A stretch of 62,955 nucleotides of DNA, filler included, from Atractiella rhizophila (GCA_021432655.1; 6 parts of 6 records of this genome joined end to end with filler, not necessarily neighbours in it); one strand, 5' to 3'; shown: positions 1 to 12,477, counted from the whole stretch's first letter. The notes: generated by a model not told the origin, from the sequence alone. Numbers and translations: made by a program.

Positions 1-2144
1 CCTGTATATCCCAGATTTCCACCATAGCTGACTGTCCTCCTGTTCCTATTCGCAGATTGCAAAGTGGACTGCTGAGAAAGTGCAAGTGTCAACATATCGG
101 GCGTGATGATGTTTTGCATCGCTGCGGCCACCCTTGTTGTGAAAGCGTCGAGGAGGGCATCCTGCTTGAGGTTATCTATCTCCGCCTTGAAGTTCGCTAG
201 ACCTGAAATATCCTTCCTGAACGCGTCAAATTTCTCGTCAAGAATGTCCTCGATCTGGCCAAGGAGGAAATCTTCTTCCTCCGTTTCTCCCTCATAATCT
301 CCATCCTCCTCCTCATCCTCTTCTAGATCTTCACTAACGGACATCTCAGTCTCCTCCTCCTGCTCTTCCGCATACTTTTGTCTCATCATCGCGACCGTCG
401 GCGTCCTAGCTGACTCCTCTGAGCTGACCATCACGCCTTTATTCCTGGCAATAGCAGGTAATGCGACACCTTCACCTAATCCGTCGTCAATGGAATACCT
501 AGTTGCTTTCATATTGCTCGGACTCGTGCGCTGAGAAAACTGTTCCACTTCGGGGGGATTGAAGAAATCTGGAATGGGCATCCGTTTCTTGCTTTCCGGG
601 CTGGCGGTGTTGAACACATTCTGCTCGTGTTCAGGCATGAGAGTGAGGTTAGGGTTGTTCCTTCCCGGCGTCTGTTTGGAGATGGTGTTGAAATGTTGCG
701 AGGGCACAGGCATAGCTGGCGCTGACCCTCTCCTTTCCCGATCCTCCATTCCCTGGGGATACAGGTACCTCCCAACCGCATAATCCCTCACATCTGCGCT
801 CGTGGGTCTCCTTACGCCTCCCAGGGTGTCATTGAACACGTCTTCGGTATCCGTCTCGCTCGGATTGGGCGATAGCCAGACTCCAGCTCTCGTTGCTTCC
901 ACGGGAACTGGGACTGGTCTCGCAGACGGTACCTGTCCAGGAAGCGGAAGCTGGTTCTGGTTTGGAGGTTGTGGCGGTCCAAAGAGACCAGGGGATATCG
1001 CCCGGATCGGCAATTGCGTTTGTGGAGGAGGAGGAGGATTACTGAAGTTCGCAGTCGGTGCACCTGCCGGCGACGTGAAGGTGAAAGTGGGCTTGAACTC
1101 TTTTGCGAAAGCGTTCAACTTTCCAAACGTGCTTTGAGAGAGCGGATTATTCGTCGGCGGTGCCGGTTGAGGATGTGCTGGAGGAGGAGGGAGACCAGTT
1201 TGAGAGCTGATGGATCCGAATCCGGAGCCACTTCCAAACCTGAGCGTGGGCAGCTGAGGAGGAGGGTCCTGTGTGCTGCTGCCGAAAACGAATTCGGGAG
1301 CGTTGGCGTTGAGTGAAGTTCGTCTCGAATGAGACTGAGCAACAGCCTGTTGCGCCTGCAGAGCGTTTGGTTCGAAGGAATTCGCAGTGGATGGAAGGGA
1401 AGGGGGGACGGGGAGCGGTCTTGGAGGGAAGCGGAAGTTGTTGTTCACCCTGTGGGCGTTATTGGAAGAGTCGGAGGGGTGGTGAGAGTGGGAGACGCGC
1501 AAGTGGAGTTTATGATGGTGTTCTTCATCGCTCGGATTAGAGATGATACTCTCGTCGTCGCCGCCATCAAGCCAATGGTCTGGATTCGGAACTACCTTCG
1601 TCTTCTTCTTTTGTTGTTCCTTTTTAAGCTTCCTCGCCCTCTCCTCATCTGATGGGTTCGAGTACTCGTCCTCGTCCTCGTCCATGTCCATGTCCATGTC
1701 CTCATCATCGTCCTCATCTCTCGAATAAGCACCTTCGCTCACGCTGTAGCTCTTCGAGTGGTGTCTCTTCTTTTTCCCCTCGTCCACCCCATCGCTATAC
1801 CTCCTCACCTTCCTCGCCGCATTGGCCTCCACCTCATCCTCATCCTCCCTCTGGGTCTTGATCAACTCTCCGGACGTCTGCCTCAACCTTCTCTCATCCT
1901 CGACCTCCAAATCCCCCTCCGCTTGCATCTGCGGTCCACCCGCAAAATCATCGAATCCAAAGCCTCTCGCGAGCTCACTAAGACTCATCTCCTTCGCTTT
2001 TCTATCCCTCAACTCCGTCTCCACCATCTCCGCACTCATCGCGCTCTCCGTCAATGCCATGTCCGGAGCAAAAGACTGAGCAAGAGGGTTGAATCCCAGA
2101 GGAGCGCCTCGTTCAATGGTGGGTGAATGTGCCGGGGATGTACA
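1..2144 (-). CDS. Large low-complexity protein with at least three PAM2-like motifs (Upa2-like), partial; runs off the window start
   Basis: Manual translation gives one open minus-strand frame from about 2144 to position 1. It is probably missing from the ORF track because it has no stop in the window. Contains FNPLAQSFAP (2064-2093), LNANAPEFVF (1284-1313), LNAFAKEFKP (1089-1118), acidic and proline-rich tracts, KRMPIPDF and a helical segment (LLGQIEDILDEKFDAFRKDI). In-frame ATG at 2060. Confidence 0.75.
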
Positions 2145-3767
2145 TGTTTATCAACAACATATCGTATCGAATTTTTACTACCGTAATGTGTAGTGTAGCT
2201 TGACCTTGTAACGTATGAACATCGCCTTTTCCACAACAAAGGGGAAACAGGGGTTAGTACCACAATTACAACCCGGGCATGGTGGTATGACAAATCAAAT
2301 ACACGTGTCCCAACAGTCCACTTACTCACAAACGAACGTACTAGTGGTAACAATGGAAAAAGGGGAGGGGCTATAAGGACGACGAAGCTACTATCCCAAT
2401 CCCGGTGGAATCTAAGAAGGGTAAGCGAAGGTGCGTCCTCGTGAAGTGAAGCAGAGCCAAGACCATCGGAGGGTTCGTACCGATGAGGCAAACCCGCGTA
2501 CCAGTCAGACGGTAAACAGCCCACACGTTTATGACTCCACGTACCCTTGTCGGGGGTGCGGCGTGCCCGTCAGGAAGGAGAAGCTGAGGGTGAGGGGTAG
2601 TATGAAGGGCTTGGGGTCGTGGGGGGATCCTGGTAGTAGCGGGCGGCGTGAGCGTCCCCCGTCCGTGCCTGTCAGGGGCAGGGAGCGACCCTACTTGTAT
2701 CGGGGGGGCGGTGTCGACTTGTACCCTTACCGGTTGTACCCTTACAAGTACCCGTTGTTGGTCGGAGGCTGGGGTCCTACCCCTTCTCCTAAGGTGTTAG
2801 GAGTTCCCTCGTACCGATAAGGAGGGCCACCCTTAGGCGACCCTTTAAAATTCTCCCCTCCTGTAGTCTTGTTAGGCTCGAACCGTTACCCCTACCCTCC
2901 GTACGGTCCGTACGGTCCTACCTTGGGTCCTCCGCCAGGTCCAGTAGTTGGAGCGGGAAGGAACAGCGAGTTATGAGAGTTGTTGAAGGCTTACGGAGGA
3001 GTTTTCGCACCGAGAGAGCGGGGAGGAGGATACTGTGGTCCACCACGCAGGTTTCCGAGCAGTGGCCCTTCTCTGCGTGGCAGCTGAGGAGAAGGGCAGG
3101 AGGGGGTTGGCCAGTAGTTTGTCTTTTTTCCACTAGCAGGCAGATGGCTCCCTCTCGAACCTCCGTGACTCAGGCTCTCCCTTACCCAAGTAGTAACGAC
3201 CTAAGTCATACACCTCAGCTTCAGGCTCCTAAACCTTGCTCCCACTCTATCTTCCCTCCCTCCTCTCGCATGGGGGCCTTTAATTCCCCCGACTGCTCTT
3301 AGGCCTTGAACACACACTGCTACCTAATGGCGGATGAAATCTGTACACTCAAGAGTAGAGAATAAATTACTGCCAGCTTGCTCCTCACTACAAACCCCTG
3401 GAACTTCTATGGATGGTCCTTTCGTACGAACCTTTCTACAGGTTAAGGGACTAAACTGCCTTATGGATGTGAGCGCACCCTAGATGCTCAGGAGGCTGCG
3501 GCACGCAAAACGTTTAAGGAGAATGGGGGTGAACCAAGATTGGTCTCTCTGATCCTTTGGCTTCGCGCCCCGTCGTTGAAAGAAGGCAGCGGGAAGAGAG
3601 TGTGAGGCGACGGCGAGCATAGAGGGTCAGAGGAGGGCGGACCGTACCCGGCAGGAGAGGGTGCAAGCGGTCCACCTTGGGGTCGCGAGCGCTAAGGCGT
3701 TGGCGTCGGGTAAAGCGGGAAGAAGCGGCCAAGGTGCAAGCGTCGAGTTGTTGTTCCGAAGCAGAGC
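2145..3767. mobile_element. Unresolved TE-like, non-genic segment abutting the PAM2 gene
   Basis: The coding frame is lost abruptly at TGTTTATC (2145). A polypurine run (AAAAAGGGGAGGGGG, about 2357-2371) is followed by TATAAGGAC. There is a degenerate Cys/His string (CHAEKGHCSETC, minus ORF 2918-3133), no long ORF, and the segment ends in a gap. Class not identifiable. Confidence 0.3.
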
Positions 3768-4495
3768 NNNNNNNNNNNNNNNNNNNNNNNNNNNNNNNNN
3801 NNNNNNNNNNNNNNNNNNNNNNNNNNNNNNNNNNNNNNNNNNNNNNNNNNNNNNNNNNNNNNNNNNNNNNNNNNNNNNNNNNNNNNNNNNNNNNNNNNNN
3901 NNNNNNNNNNNNNNNNNNNNNNNNNNNNNNNNNNNNNNNNNNNNNNNNNNNNNNNNNNNNNNNNNNNNNNNNNNNNNNNNNNNNNNNNNNNNNNNNNNNN
4001 NNNNNNNNNNNNNNNNNNNNNNNNNNNNNNNNNNNNNNNNNNNNNNNNNNNNNNNNNNNNNNNNNNNNNNNNNNNNNNNNNNNNNNNNNNNNNNNNNNNN
4101 NNNNNNNNNNNNNNNNNNNNNNNNNNNNNNNNNNNNNNNNNNNNNNNNNNNNNNNNNNNNNNNNNNNNNNNNNNNNNNNNNNNNNNNNNNNNNNNNNNNN
4201 NNNNNNNNNNNNNNNNNNNNNNNNNNNNNNNNNNNNNNNNNNNNNNNNNNNNNNNNNNNNNNNNNNNNNNNNNNNNNNNNNNNNNNNNNNNNNNNNNNNN
4301 NNNNNNNNNNNNNNNNNNNNNNNNNNNNNNNNNNNNNNNNNNNNNNNNNNNNNNNNNNNNNNNNNNNNNNNNNNNNNNNNNNNNNNNNNNNNNNNNNNNN
4401 NNNNNNNNNNNNNNNNNNNNNNNNNNNNNNNNNNNNNNNNNNNNNNNNNNNNNNNNNNNNNNNNNNNNNNNNNNNNNNNNNNNNNNNNNNNNNNN

Positions 4496-6840
4496 GTCTC
4501 GTCCCTAATAGCCTCGTAGCTGATCATCTCGTCCTCTTTCTTGTCCTCAAACAGCAGCATGATGACACACTGGCTCAAAGCCAAATTCAACTCTTTCGTT
4601 CCCCTTTTAAACTTGGTCTTCAGCGTCACGCTTGTCAACGAATGCTCGAATTGGAGTTTGCGCCCGGAATGCTTCGAGACATAGTAATATTTGAACTTGT
4701 CGAGCTGACTCTGCATGCTTTCCGGAATAATGACGTCCATGGGAGGATATGACGGCCAATTGCCTCTAGAGAGAACGTAGACATGTAGCTCACTGGTTGG
4801 CGCGTGTAATTTAAACAACTTCATGAAGTCGTTCGACACCTCAATATCCTTGAACATGGTCTCAAGTTTCGCTGTCCATCCTGCTCCACACTCTGCAGGG
4901 GTCATTAGAGAAGAAAAAGAGAAAACGGTAGAAGAGCATACCTTCTCGCAATTTAAGCAACAGTCGTCGTTCTGTATCTGTCGAGGCACTCTTGTTTAAC
5001 AGCAGACGCCTAGCTAAATCTCTCTGGAAATGTGCCTCNNNNNNNNNNNNNNNNNNNNNNNNNNNNNNNNNNNNNNNNNNNNNNNNNNNNNNNNNNNNNN
5101 NNNNNNNNNNNNNNNNNNNNNNNNNNNNNNNNNNNNNNNNNNNNNNNNNNNNNNNNNNNNNNNNNNNNNNNNNNNNNNNNNNNNNNNNNNNNNNNNNNNN
5201 NNNNNNNNNNNNNNNNNNNNNNNNNNNNNNNNNNNNNNNNNNNNNNNNNNNNNNNNNNNNNNNNNNNNNNNNNNNNNNNNNNNNNNNNNNNNNNNNNNNN
5301 NNNNNNNNNNNNNNNNNNNNNNNNNNNNNNNNNNNNNNNNNNNNNNNNNNNNNNNNNNNNNNNNNNNNNNNNNNNNNNNNNNNNNNNNNNNNNNNNNNNN
5401 NNNNNNNNNNNNNNNNNNNNNNNNNNNNNNNNNNNNNNNNNNNNNNNNNNNNNNNNNNNNNNNNNNNNNNNNNNNNNNNNNNNNNNNNNNNNNNNNNNNN
5501 NNNNNNNNNNNNNNNNNNNNNNNNNTGGAATAGGTCGCGCATCGATTTGAGGAGGTCGACCCGGCGAAGGAGGGAAGCGAGGCTCCGAATGTCGTCTAAA
5601 CGTCGATCGTCCATCATGCGCGGTAAGCCCCTCTGCAGTATGATCTCACCCCGCGAACCACCTATGAGTTCTTTCAGTGCGAGCTCGACTACCTCTGTTG
5701 GGCTGAGGATCAGTAGCTCGCATCGCGCCCGCTCGCTTTTCAGCCGTGTTTGTGTATGTGAGACGTAGTCCCATGGCGCCAATTCATCCGCTATCAACCG
5801 CTCGGCCTCGGATGAATAATAAGTGGAGGTGGAGGATACGAAGGGGGCGTAGAATAGCGACTGGTGAAGCGAATGGGAAAGACTGGAAAGATGCGACAGA
5901 ACAGATGTGCAAAGAGGGAGAGAAACGTGTGTACCGTCTCGATCGGCGGTGATGAGTGTGAGGAAGGTAGTTTGGAGTTTGGTGCCTAGGACTGATGGCA
6001 GGGATGTNNNNNNNNNNNNNNNNNNNNNNNNNNNNNNNNNNNNNNNNNNNNNNNNNNNNNNNNNNNNNNNNNNNNNNNNNNNNNNNNNNNNNNNNNNNNN
6101 NNNNNNNNNNNNNNNNNNNNNNNNNNNNNNNNNNNNNNNNNNNNNNNNNNNNNNNNNNNNNNNNNNNNNNNNNNNNNNNNNNNNNNNNNNNNNNNNNNNN
6201 NNNNNNNNNNNNNNNNNNNNNNNNNNNNNNNNNNNNNNNNNNNNNNNNNNNNNNNNNNNNNNNNNNNNNNNNNNNNNNNNNNNNNNNNNNNNNNNNNNNN
6301 NNNNNNNNNNNNNNNNNNNNNNNNNNNNNNNNNNNNNNNNNNNNNNNNNNNNNNNNNNNNNNNNNNNNNNNNNNNNNNNNNNNNNNNNNNNNNNNNNNNN
6401 NNNNNNNNNNGCGAAGTGAGGTAAGCAGGGTCGCAATGCTTGAGCTGCTTGAAGCTGGGAGAGCAAGTCGACGATCGCTTATTCTTGATTACCAGCTTTT
6501 TTGGGGGCCGCGCAAACGATCCACTTCTGCAGAGCCTTTGGGATTAAACATTTTGACAACCCTTGAAGCAGAGCGAACACGTCCTTTTTGCTGTGGAGGT
6601 GCTCTTCAGAACTGCTAGAGTGGAGCAAAGTCAGGAGAAACTAAAGACGATACCAAGTCATCCTGCTCACGTGATTTCCGAAGAACCATCGAACGTTGAA
6701 TCTGCTTGGTTTTTCGTCTGTTATAATGCTTGGTGGCCTATAGCAGGAGCAAAGCAGTACGGATCTTGGTGCGTGATGAACAGATTGTGGCCTGAGCTGC
6801 TTCAAAAGTTTGTCGATTGCGCGGCCGTGGCAGCTTCATG
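4496..6840 (-). CDS. Cullin (most like cullin-4), fragmented by N-gaps
   Basis: EAHFQRDLARRLLLNKSASTDTERRLLLKLRE / intron 4893-4941 / ECGAGWTAKLETMFKDIEVS...GNWPSYP...KHSGRKLQF...KELNL are cullin homology motifs. Cullin-repeat-like helices at 5525-6007. The 5' end is approximate and the C-terminal neddylation domain falls in the gap. Confidence 0.85.
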
Positions 6841-7363
6841 ACTGGTCTCATCAGAGTCCGCGCTGCTCAAGAGCTCTCATTGCATCTCCTAACCTTTCCA
6901 TATGATCAATACTTCACTGCCCACTTGAGCATGACTTTCTAGACAATGTTGCTGGCAAATGAATGAATGAATTCCTACGTGTTCCCTTGGCCAGTAGCGG
7001 GTTGGTTCAGTCAAGTGACTGGCGTCATTGGCAGGGTCCAATCCTAGTAAAATGAAGCGTAATATCTTGTGCTATCGAATTTATGGTTAAAGAATTATGT
7101 TCTTGTATCCCATGGAGAATGAATGGAGTCGTTCAACAAGAGTCTGCCAGGCCATGACTGCAAAACGATGCAATATAGAATACAGTTTCTACGTCTCCAA
7201 TCTTGGTCGAGCTGCTTGAAGTGGCTTGTGTGATGTTTTACCGTGGAAGGAGTCTTGCTTGCTCAACTCTCTAATGTATGTCTTGGACTCTTGTTGAAGT
7301 TACTGACTCGTACCCTACCCCATAGAAAAGAAAAGAACTCCCCCGAATATTTCTTTAACAAAG

Positions 7364-8851
7364 ATGAAGGGCCTACTGGCCTCCCTTTTCTGCCTCTTTC
7401 CCAGCGCTCCACCGCCTACACCCGACATCACTCCCCCTCTTCCCCCGGAAATCATTCTTCACATCATCTCCTTCCTTCCTCTTTGCTCTCTTCGCCATGT
7501 CACTCTAGTATCGAAAGCATTCCGTGCACTCTCCCTCCCATACCTCTTCCGACACCTCGAACTCAAACACAAAAACTATAAGTCGCTCCACGACGTAATA
7601 TCCGGCAATGAAGGATACCGTCGCTTTGTTCGGACGCTTAGGATGCAACAGGAGCCAGCAAGCCTCTACGACCACTGTACTACTTGGGAAGAACTAGTAC
7701 ACTTTGCTGGGATGGTGCCGCAAGTGTCGGCACTGGAGATCATCACCTTCTACAAGGCGGAAGGCTCCGATGTTATACCTTTACCAAAGATGGAGAATCT
7801 GTGTCGACTCAAGATTGTGATCTTAACACGGAGCGAGATCGATGCACACTTGCTTCTTCCCCACCTTCATTATTCAAGAGGCCTTAAGATTCTTAATCTG
7901 CGACGAACCATTCTAAGACCTTCACAGGAGACTCCGTTCACGTTCGCATTGGAGAGTTTAACGCTGCACCAGGCCGTGTGTACAAACGCCTTGGATCTGT
8001 TCCAGGCTTCGCAGTACACGTTGACGCATCTTTCGATCGACGATATATCGTTCTCAAGAAGCGCGAAAGATATGTTCGATCTCGTGATGCTCTTCAAGAG
8101 ACAGTTGCGAGAGCTCCGCATCGAATTCTTCAACCACGTCGAGTTCAGCGTCGTCAAACTAGATTTGCGTCAACTGCCAGTTCTGAAGATTCTCAAATGG
8201 TGGGAGTTTCGAATCGACGGAGCTCTTCTTTATGGTGCACCCTCTCTGCTCGGTTGCACTGGCTTGGAGGAGCTCTCGATCTTCAAACTTGGAGTTCAGA
8301 CTCTCCCTGGAACACCGTCTATGCGCCTTCGCAGGATATCGCTTTACGGTCACAGACACCGATACGATGTAGAGACATGCATCGCACTTTTCTCTTCTTC
8401 TAAGCCCTCACTTCGCTCCCTCATGATGGACGGATGCTTCAACGCCCCTGCCGATTACCTTTTTCTTGTCCAATCCATATGTACTACCCGAACGGCTGTA
8501 AGGATGGTCGCCTACGCGCAAGACAAAGGAGTGGAAGAAGTTGTCTCCAAGTCTGACATCCGTTTCTTGTCGATCAAGGGAGCGACAGACACGATAGAAC
8601 TGAGAAGTGAGAGCAAGGTCGAATACCTACATCTCACGCAGGAACACCCGGTAAAGGCTATTCTCCTCCCCAACTTGAGGGTATTATACCTGGATTGCGT
8701 GAGCCCAAATCAAAAGGTAGGGGAGATCGATGCCAGGATCACTCTGGTGAGAGGAGTAGAAGATGAGGCGGAACAAAGGTGGAAGAGCGCGGTGGAGGAA
8801 ATGCAAGATTCGATGTGCAGGGACGACGACCTGGGGAAATTGACTGTTTGA
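7364..8851 (+). CDS. F-box protein with leucine-rich (RNI-like) C-terminus, single exon, 495 aa
   Basis: LPPEIILHIISFL...LVSKAFRALSLPYLFRHL F-box, followed by repeated LxxLxL/I motifs. Confidence 0.85.
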   Translation: MKGLLASLFCLFPSAPPPTPDITPPLPPEIILHIISFLPLCSLRHVTLVSKAFRALSLPYLFRHLELKHKNYKSLHDVISGNEGYRRFVRTLRMQQEPASLYDHCTTWEELVHFAGMVPQVSALEIITFYKAEGSDVIPLPKMENLCRLKIVILTRSEIDAHLLLPHLHYSRGLKILNLRRTILRPSQETPFTFALESLTLHQAVCTNALDLFQASQYTLTHLSIDDISFSRSAKDMFDLVMLFKRQLRELRIEFFNHVEFSVVKLDLRQLPVLKILKWWEFRIDGALLYGAPSLLGCTGLEELSIFKLGVQTLPGTPSMRLRRISLYGHRHRYDVETCIALFSSSKPSLRSLMMDGCFNAPADYLFLVQSICTTRTAVRMVAYAQDKGVEEVVSKSDIRFLSIKGATDTIELRSESKVEYLHLTQEHPVKAILLPNLRVLYLDCVSPNQKVGEIDARITLVRGVEDEAEQRWKSAVEEMQDSMCRDDDLGKLTV

Positions 8852-9943
8852 TTGAAAGGGCGTCTCCATCTCCTCTCCTCCCTTTGCCGTTAACCGACAT
8901 CCCCGTCCCTTCCGGAATTTCCTCAACCAAGGACTGACGCTTCCCTAGTCCACACGGAACAGAAAAATTGGGATTCCACATATCTACGACGATCTCCTGC
9001 TTCTGTCGCCCGTCGCTTCGAACCAAAGAATCCTTCCGTTGCGTCGTCGAAACGATGACGCGTTCATTTCATTTCATTTCCCTACGTACCCGAATATTTT
9101 CGACAGCACGGTCCATCTCGAGCAAAGCACACCGAGATAAAATCCCTTCTCAACTACCACACTCAAGCCCAAAGCGATGCTTGAATGACGCCGCAGAATA
9201 ATCCCCCACAACCTTCCCAAAGTCTTTTCTCTTTCCTTCCCGATGTACATGCGAAAGTCTCTCCCACGCGAATCTTGGTACGTCGGGAACCCTACGTAGG
9301 GTGTCGGACTGGACAGACAACAACCCACGATAGGTTGGAGCACGGGCCGCCTGCTTCTGCTTCTAGATGCAATCCGACGAACACTATCGAAGAAGAGAAA
9401 TTCAAGGTGTGGCATCATGGGGCATAGCGGAGGCGGGATCGTGAGACGATCTGGGGAACATTGGAGGGATCATTTTTAGGACAACAACAAGGGCCTATAC
9501 CCTTATGCCACTGATCGTTCGTTCGCCCTGAAGACTTCTTGCAAGTGCCTTCGTGTGCCTGTTTAGACAAGCGTAGTGCGAATTGGGTGCAATTAATCTG
9601 TCAATGTTCTGTGACACTTCTCGAATAATGTCATCTCAAATCTTTCCGTCCGCTTTCAGGGTGCTCCGCTGCTTTGGGTTGTTCTCCAGGTGTTCTGTCA
9701 TCGATCGGCACAACGTCCCCCAATTTTGGTTCCATTGCTATCTGTGAGAAGTGTCACGGAACCATTTTGGAACAGTATAAGAACGTCGTCCACAAATGTT
9801 CTCTCACCCGCTTCAGCCTGCCTCCCCTGATTATTGCATCTTCTCCATCATATTCACCAATCACATCCACGGGTAGAGAACAATCCACTGCCAAAATTCC
9901 AATCCAGGATATGGACATAAAGACCAAATCCTCGAAAGGTCAA

Positions 9944-10043
9944 NNNNNNNNNNNNNNNNNNNNNNNNNNNNNNNNNNNNNNNNNNNNTTAATTAATTAAN
10001 NNNNNNNNNNNNNNNNNNNNNNNNNNNNNNNNNNNNNNNNNNN
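9944..10043. other. Artificial contig spacer (N44-TTAATTAATTAA-N44); same spacer at 20872-20971, 30162-30261, 44949-45048, 59725-59824
   Basis: Identical 100-bp spacer with a six-frame stop linker. Confidence 0.97.
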
Positions 10044-10870
10044 CGGCCACTGCGTGGAGCTCTTGCCGCTGGCAGCCACTGCGTGGGGCCTTGCCTTCGG
10101 CGAGCACATATAGACATGGGTTTTGGTATGAATCTATATGATTTCATTATAGGTCTACATGCATCCGATTGTGAAAATTCAAAACTTCTCTGTACACTAT
10201 ATTTTCTGTCCTCTTATTCTCTATCCCTTGCACTTGGTGTAAATAAACTCGAAGATTCTTAGCGTTCGAAACTCTAGAAAGTCCTACGTAAAGTTGTCCA
10301 TGCGCAAAAACTGGTGTGTCCAAATACAATCCAACAGTCTCCACCGACTGGCCTTGTGACTTGTTGATGGTGAGACAGAAAGCCAATTTGACAGGGAATT
10401 GAAACCGCTGTAAGGTAAACGGGAATGAATTGGAGACCTTGCTATCCAATGCAATGCGTGGGATGAGGACTGAGGTGCCTGTGAATCCGCCTGTAATGAT
10501 GGTAGCCTCAATGACACGGGAGAGCAGCTGGGTGATGATCAACCGTGTACCGTTACAGAGCCCAGCTGAAGGATTGAGGTTCGTATTAGAATGATAGGGG
10601 CTCCAACTTTGAGATGAAGACGATGAAGAGGGAGACTCATCATATTGAGAGTATTGAGGTATTCAACTGTGAAGCCTTGTTGAATGTTCTCACTGTCCTC
10701 CATCAATCGGTCAGCACTAAGGTAGATACGTTCCTGTCGGGAGACAAATTGTCGAATAAGCTGATCATTTATCATGTCAACATAAACATTCCGGGCCGTA
10801 AGGACCATGCGCTCTTGAAAGTATTGCCTCAACTTGACTGGATTGACATCTTGCGTTATGGTGCTCAGTC
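10044..10870 (-). mobile_element. Helitron 3' remnant: PIF1-like helicase C-terminus plus subterminal hairpins
   Basis: ERMVLTARNVYVDMIN...LPLHRLHLKVGAPIILIR / NLNPSAGLCNGTRL...IPRI...RFQFPVKLAFCLTINKSQGQS...VFAHGQLYVGLSRV...TENIVYREVL is the standard Helitron Rep/Hel C-terminus (stop at 10147). One-base frameshift near 10580. GC-rich triloop hairpins at 10047-10104. Cut at 10870 by element A. Confidence 0.9.
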
Positions 10871-10884
10871 CTACTAACAGTACT

Positions 10885-11345
10885 TTAGGGTTCAACCCTG
10901 CCTCTTTCAGGAATGAGATCCAGGCTGAATCCTTGCCTCCTGGCTGCCTAGGGTACAACCCTCCTTCTGTGAGGAACAAGATCCTGGCTACATCCTTGCC
11001 TCTTAGGCACCCAGGGTACAACCCTGACGCTGTCGGAAACAGAATCCCACCTACATCCTTGCCTCCTCGCCGCCTAGGGTACAACCGTGCCTGTGTCAGG
11101 ACACGATTCTGCCTACTTCCTTGCCTCCTCGCTGCCTAGGGTACAACCCTGCCTGTGTCACAAACAGGATCCTGGTTATATCCTTGCCCTTCCATGCCGC
11201 TCAGGTTCTAAGCCTGCCTCTGCCAGGAACAGGATCCTGGCTATATCCTTGCCTCCTAGGCACCAAAGGTGCGACCCTGCCCCAATAAAAACAGCATCAT
11301 TACGAAAATGTTGGCTCTTAGTCAACCAGGGTACAACCCTGCCAT
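10885..11345. repeat. Outer-TIR tandem array, about 8 units of 63 bp (mirrored at ~13235-13635; also in copy 2)
   Basis: AGGGTACAACCCT-like motif at 10888, 10951, 11014, 11077, 11139, ~11203, ~11266 and 11329. Most units also carry an AGGATCCT-like palindrome. Confidence 0.9.
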
Positions 11346-12477
11346 AGATAGGAATAACAATCCAGTCAAAATGTCATGTACATATAAACACTCGCAGGCA
11401 CAGGCAATGTCCTCTCTAAGACACATCTTAAAACACTTATCCATTGAAATCCTCGCTTCATTGGACAACTCTGGTTCATATTTGGCATATATCTCCAATT
11501 AAACAAAGTACATTCAAAGTTGCAAAATTAATTTATAACAGTTTAGGAAGGTGTTCTCTATACGTTATTACGATAAGTGCAATTTTGGCAAAACTGCGCC
11601 AGATTGATTGGTTATCGACATCAGGTAGAGAGGCGTCTGAGGAGTGCCATTTTGTTGAAACTGGCCCATGTTGATAGGTTATCGACACCTTGTGTAGAGG
11701 GGTCTGAGTTGTGCAATTTTGTTAAAAACGTCCCCATTCGATAGGTTATCGACACAGGTGTAGAGGGGGTCACTGCAGGGAAATTTCGCTCAAAATGTCT
11801 CCATTCAATAGATGATCGACACAGGTGTAGAGGGGGTGCGGAAAGTGCAATTTCGCTCCAAACGTCCTAATCTCTAGCTCATCACCAAAGGTACTAATGA
11901 GGATGTGGAGACAAAGTTCATATATACATGCAATTTCCATATGAATGATATATCACTCCCACAGAGGTGCTCTAGCTCCATATGCTTCACCTGAAAAATA
12001 TTCCTGCAAACCACCTTCATCATTGCATGTTTTACAATCTCGCTCACACTTATGTTACAATTACTAGAAGATGTAAAAATTACAAAGGGTTTAGAGTAGC
12101 GTAACATGCGCCTGTCTTCCTGTAAAATGTTTCAGCAATGATCTTGTTTATTGGCACTAAAACCATTATTGATCTGTTTATCGTCATATTTGACCATAAT
12201 GATTCAAACAAGCTCTTTAATAGGTCACATTTGTTAAATCATTCATAACACATTTTCATTTTAATGGTATTACTATTTTCAATGGCTCCATCATCTTGAT
12301 CATTGGTCATACATTCAAGTTTGTGTATACACCAAATTGATTCTACACAATTCAGCCCCTTGTTTGCTCAAGCATACATCCAATACATGCACTACTTTCA
12401 GCAGGGTATCGATCTATCCATGTCTGTAGCCCCTGTTAAGCGGCTGCCTGGCTGAGTTTATGAAACTTTGGTTCTCA

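Noticed and set aside
3514..6618. Long ORFs containing X runs
   Set aside because: Artefacts of translating through N-gaps.
4496..8851. Cullin plus F-box neighbours as an E3 ligase cluster
   Set aside because: F-box proteins work with Cul1/Skp1, this cullin looks Cul4-like, and F-box genes are abundant in basidiomycetes.
8852..9943. Possible spliced gene after the F-box gene
   Set aside because: Could not build a consistent exon chain or recognise a motif.
9944..10043. TTAATTAATTAA as a biological motif
   Set aside because: Identical in five N-spacers; an assembly linker. Adjacency across these spacers is unproven.
10884..10900. TTTAGGG as a telomeric repeat
   Set aside because: Single copy inside the 63-bp unit; no tandem array.
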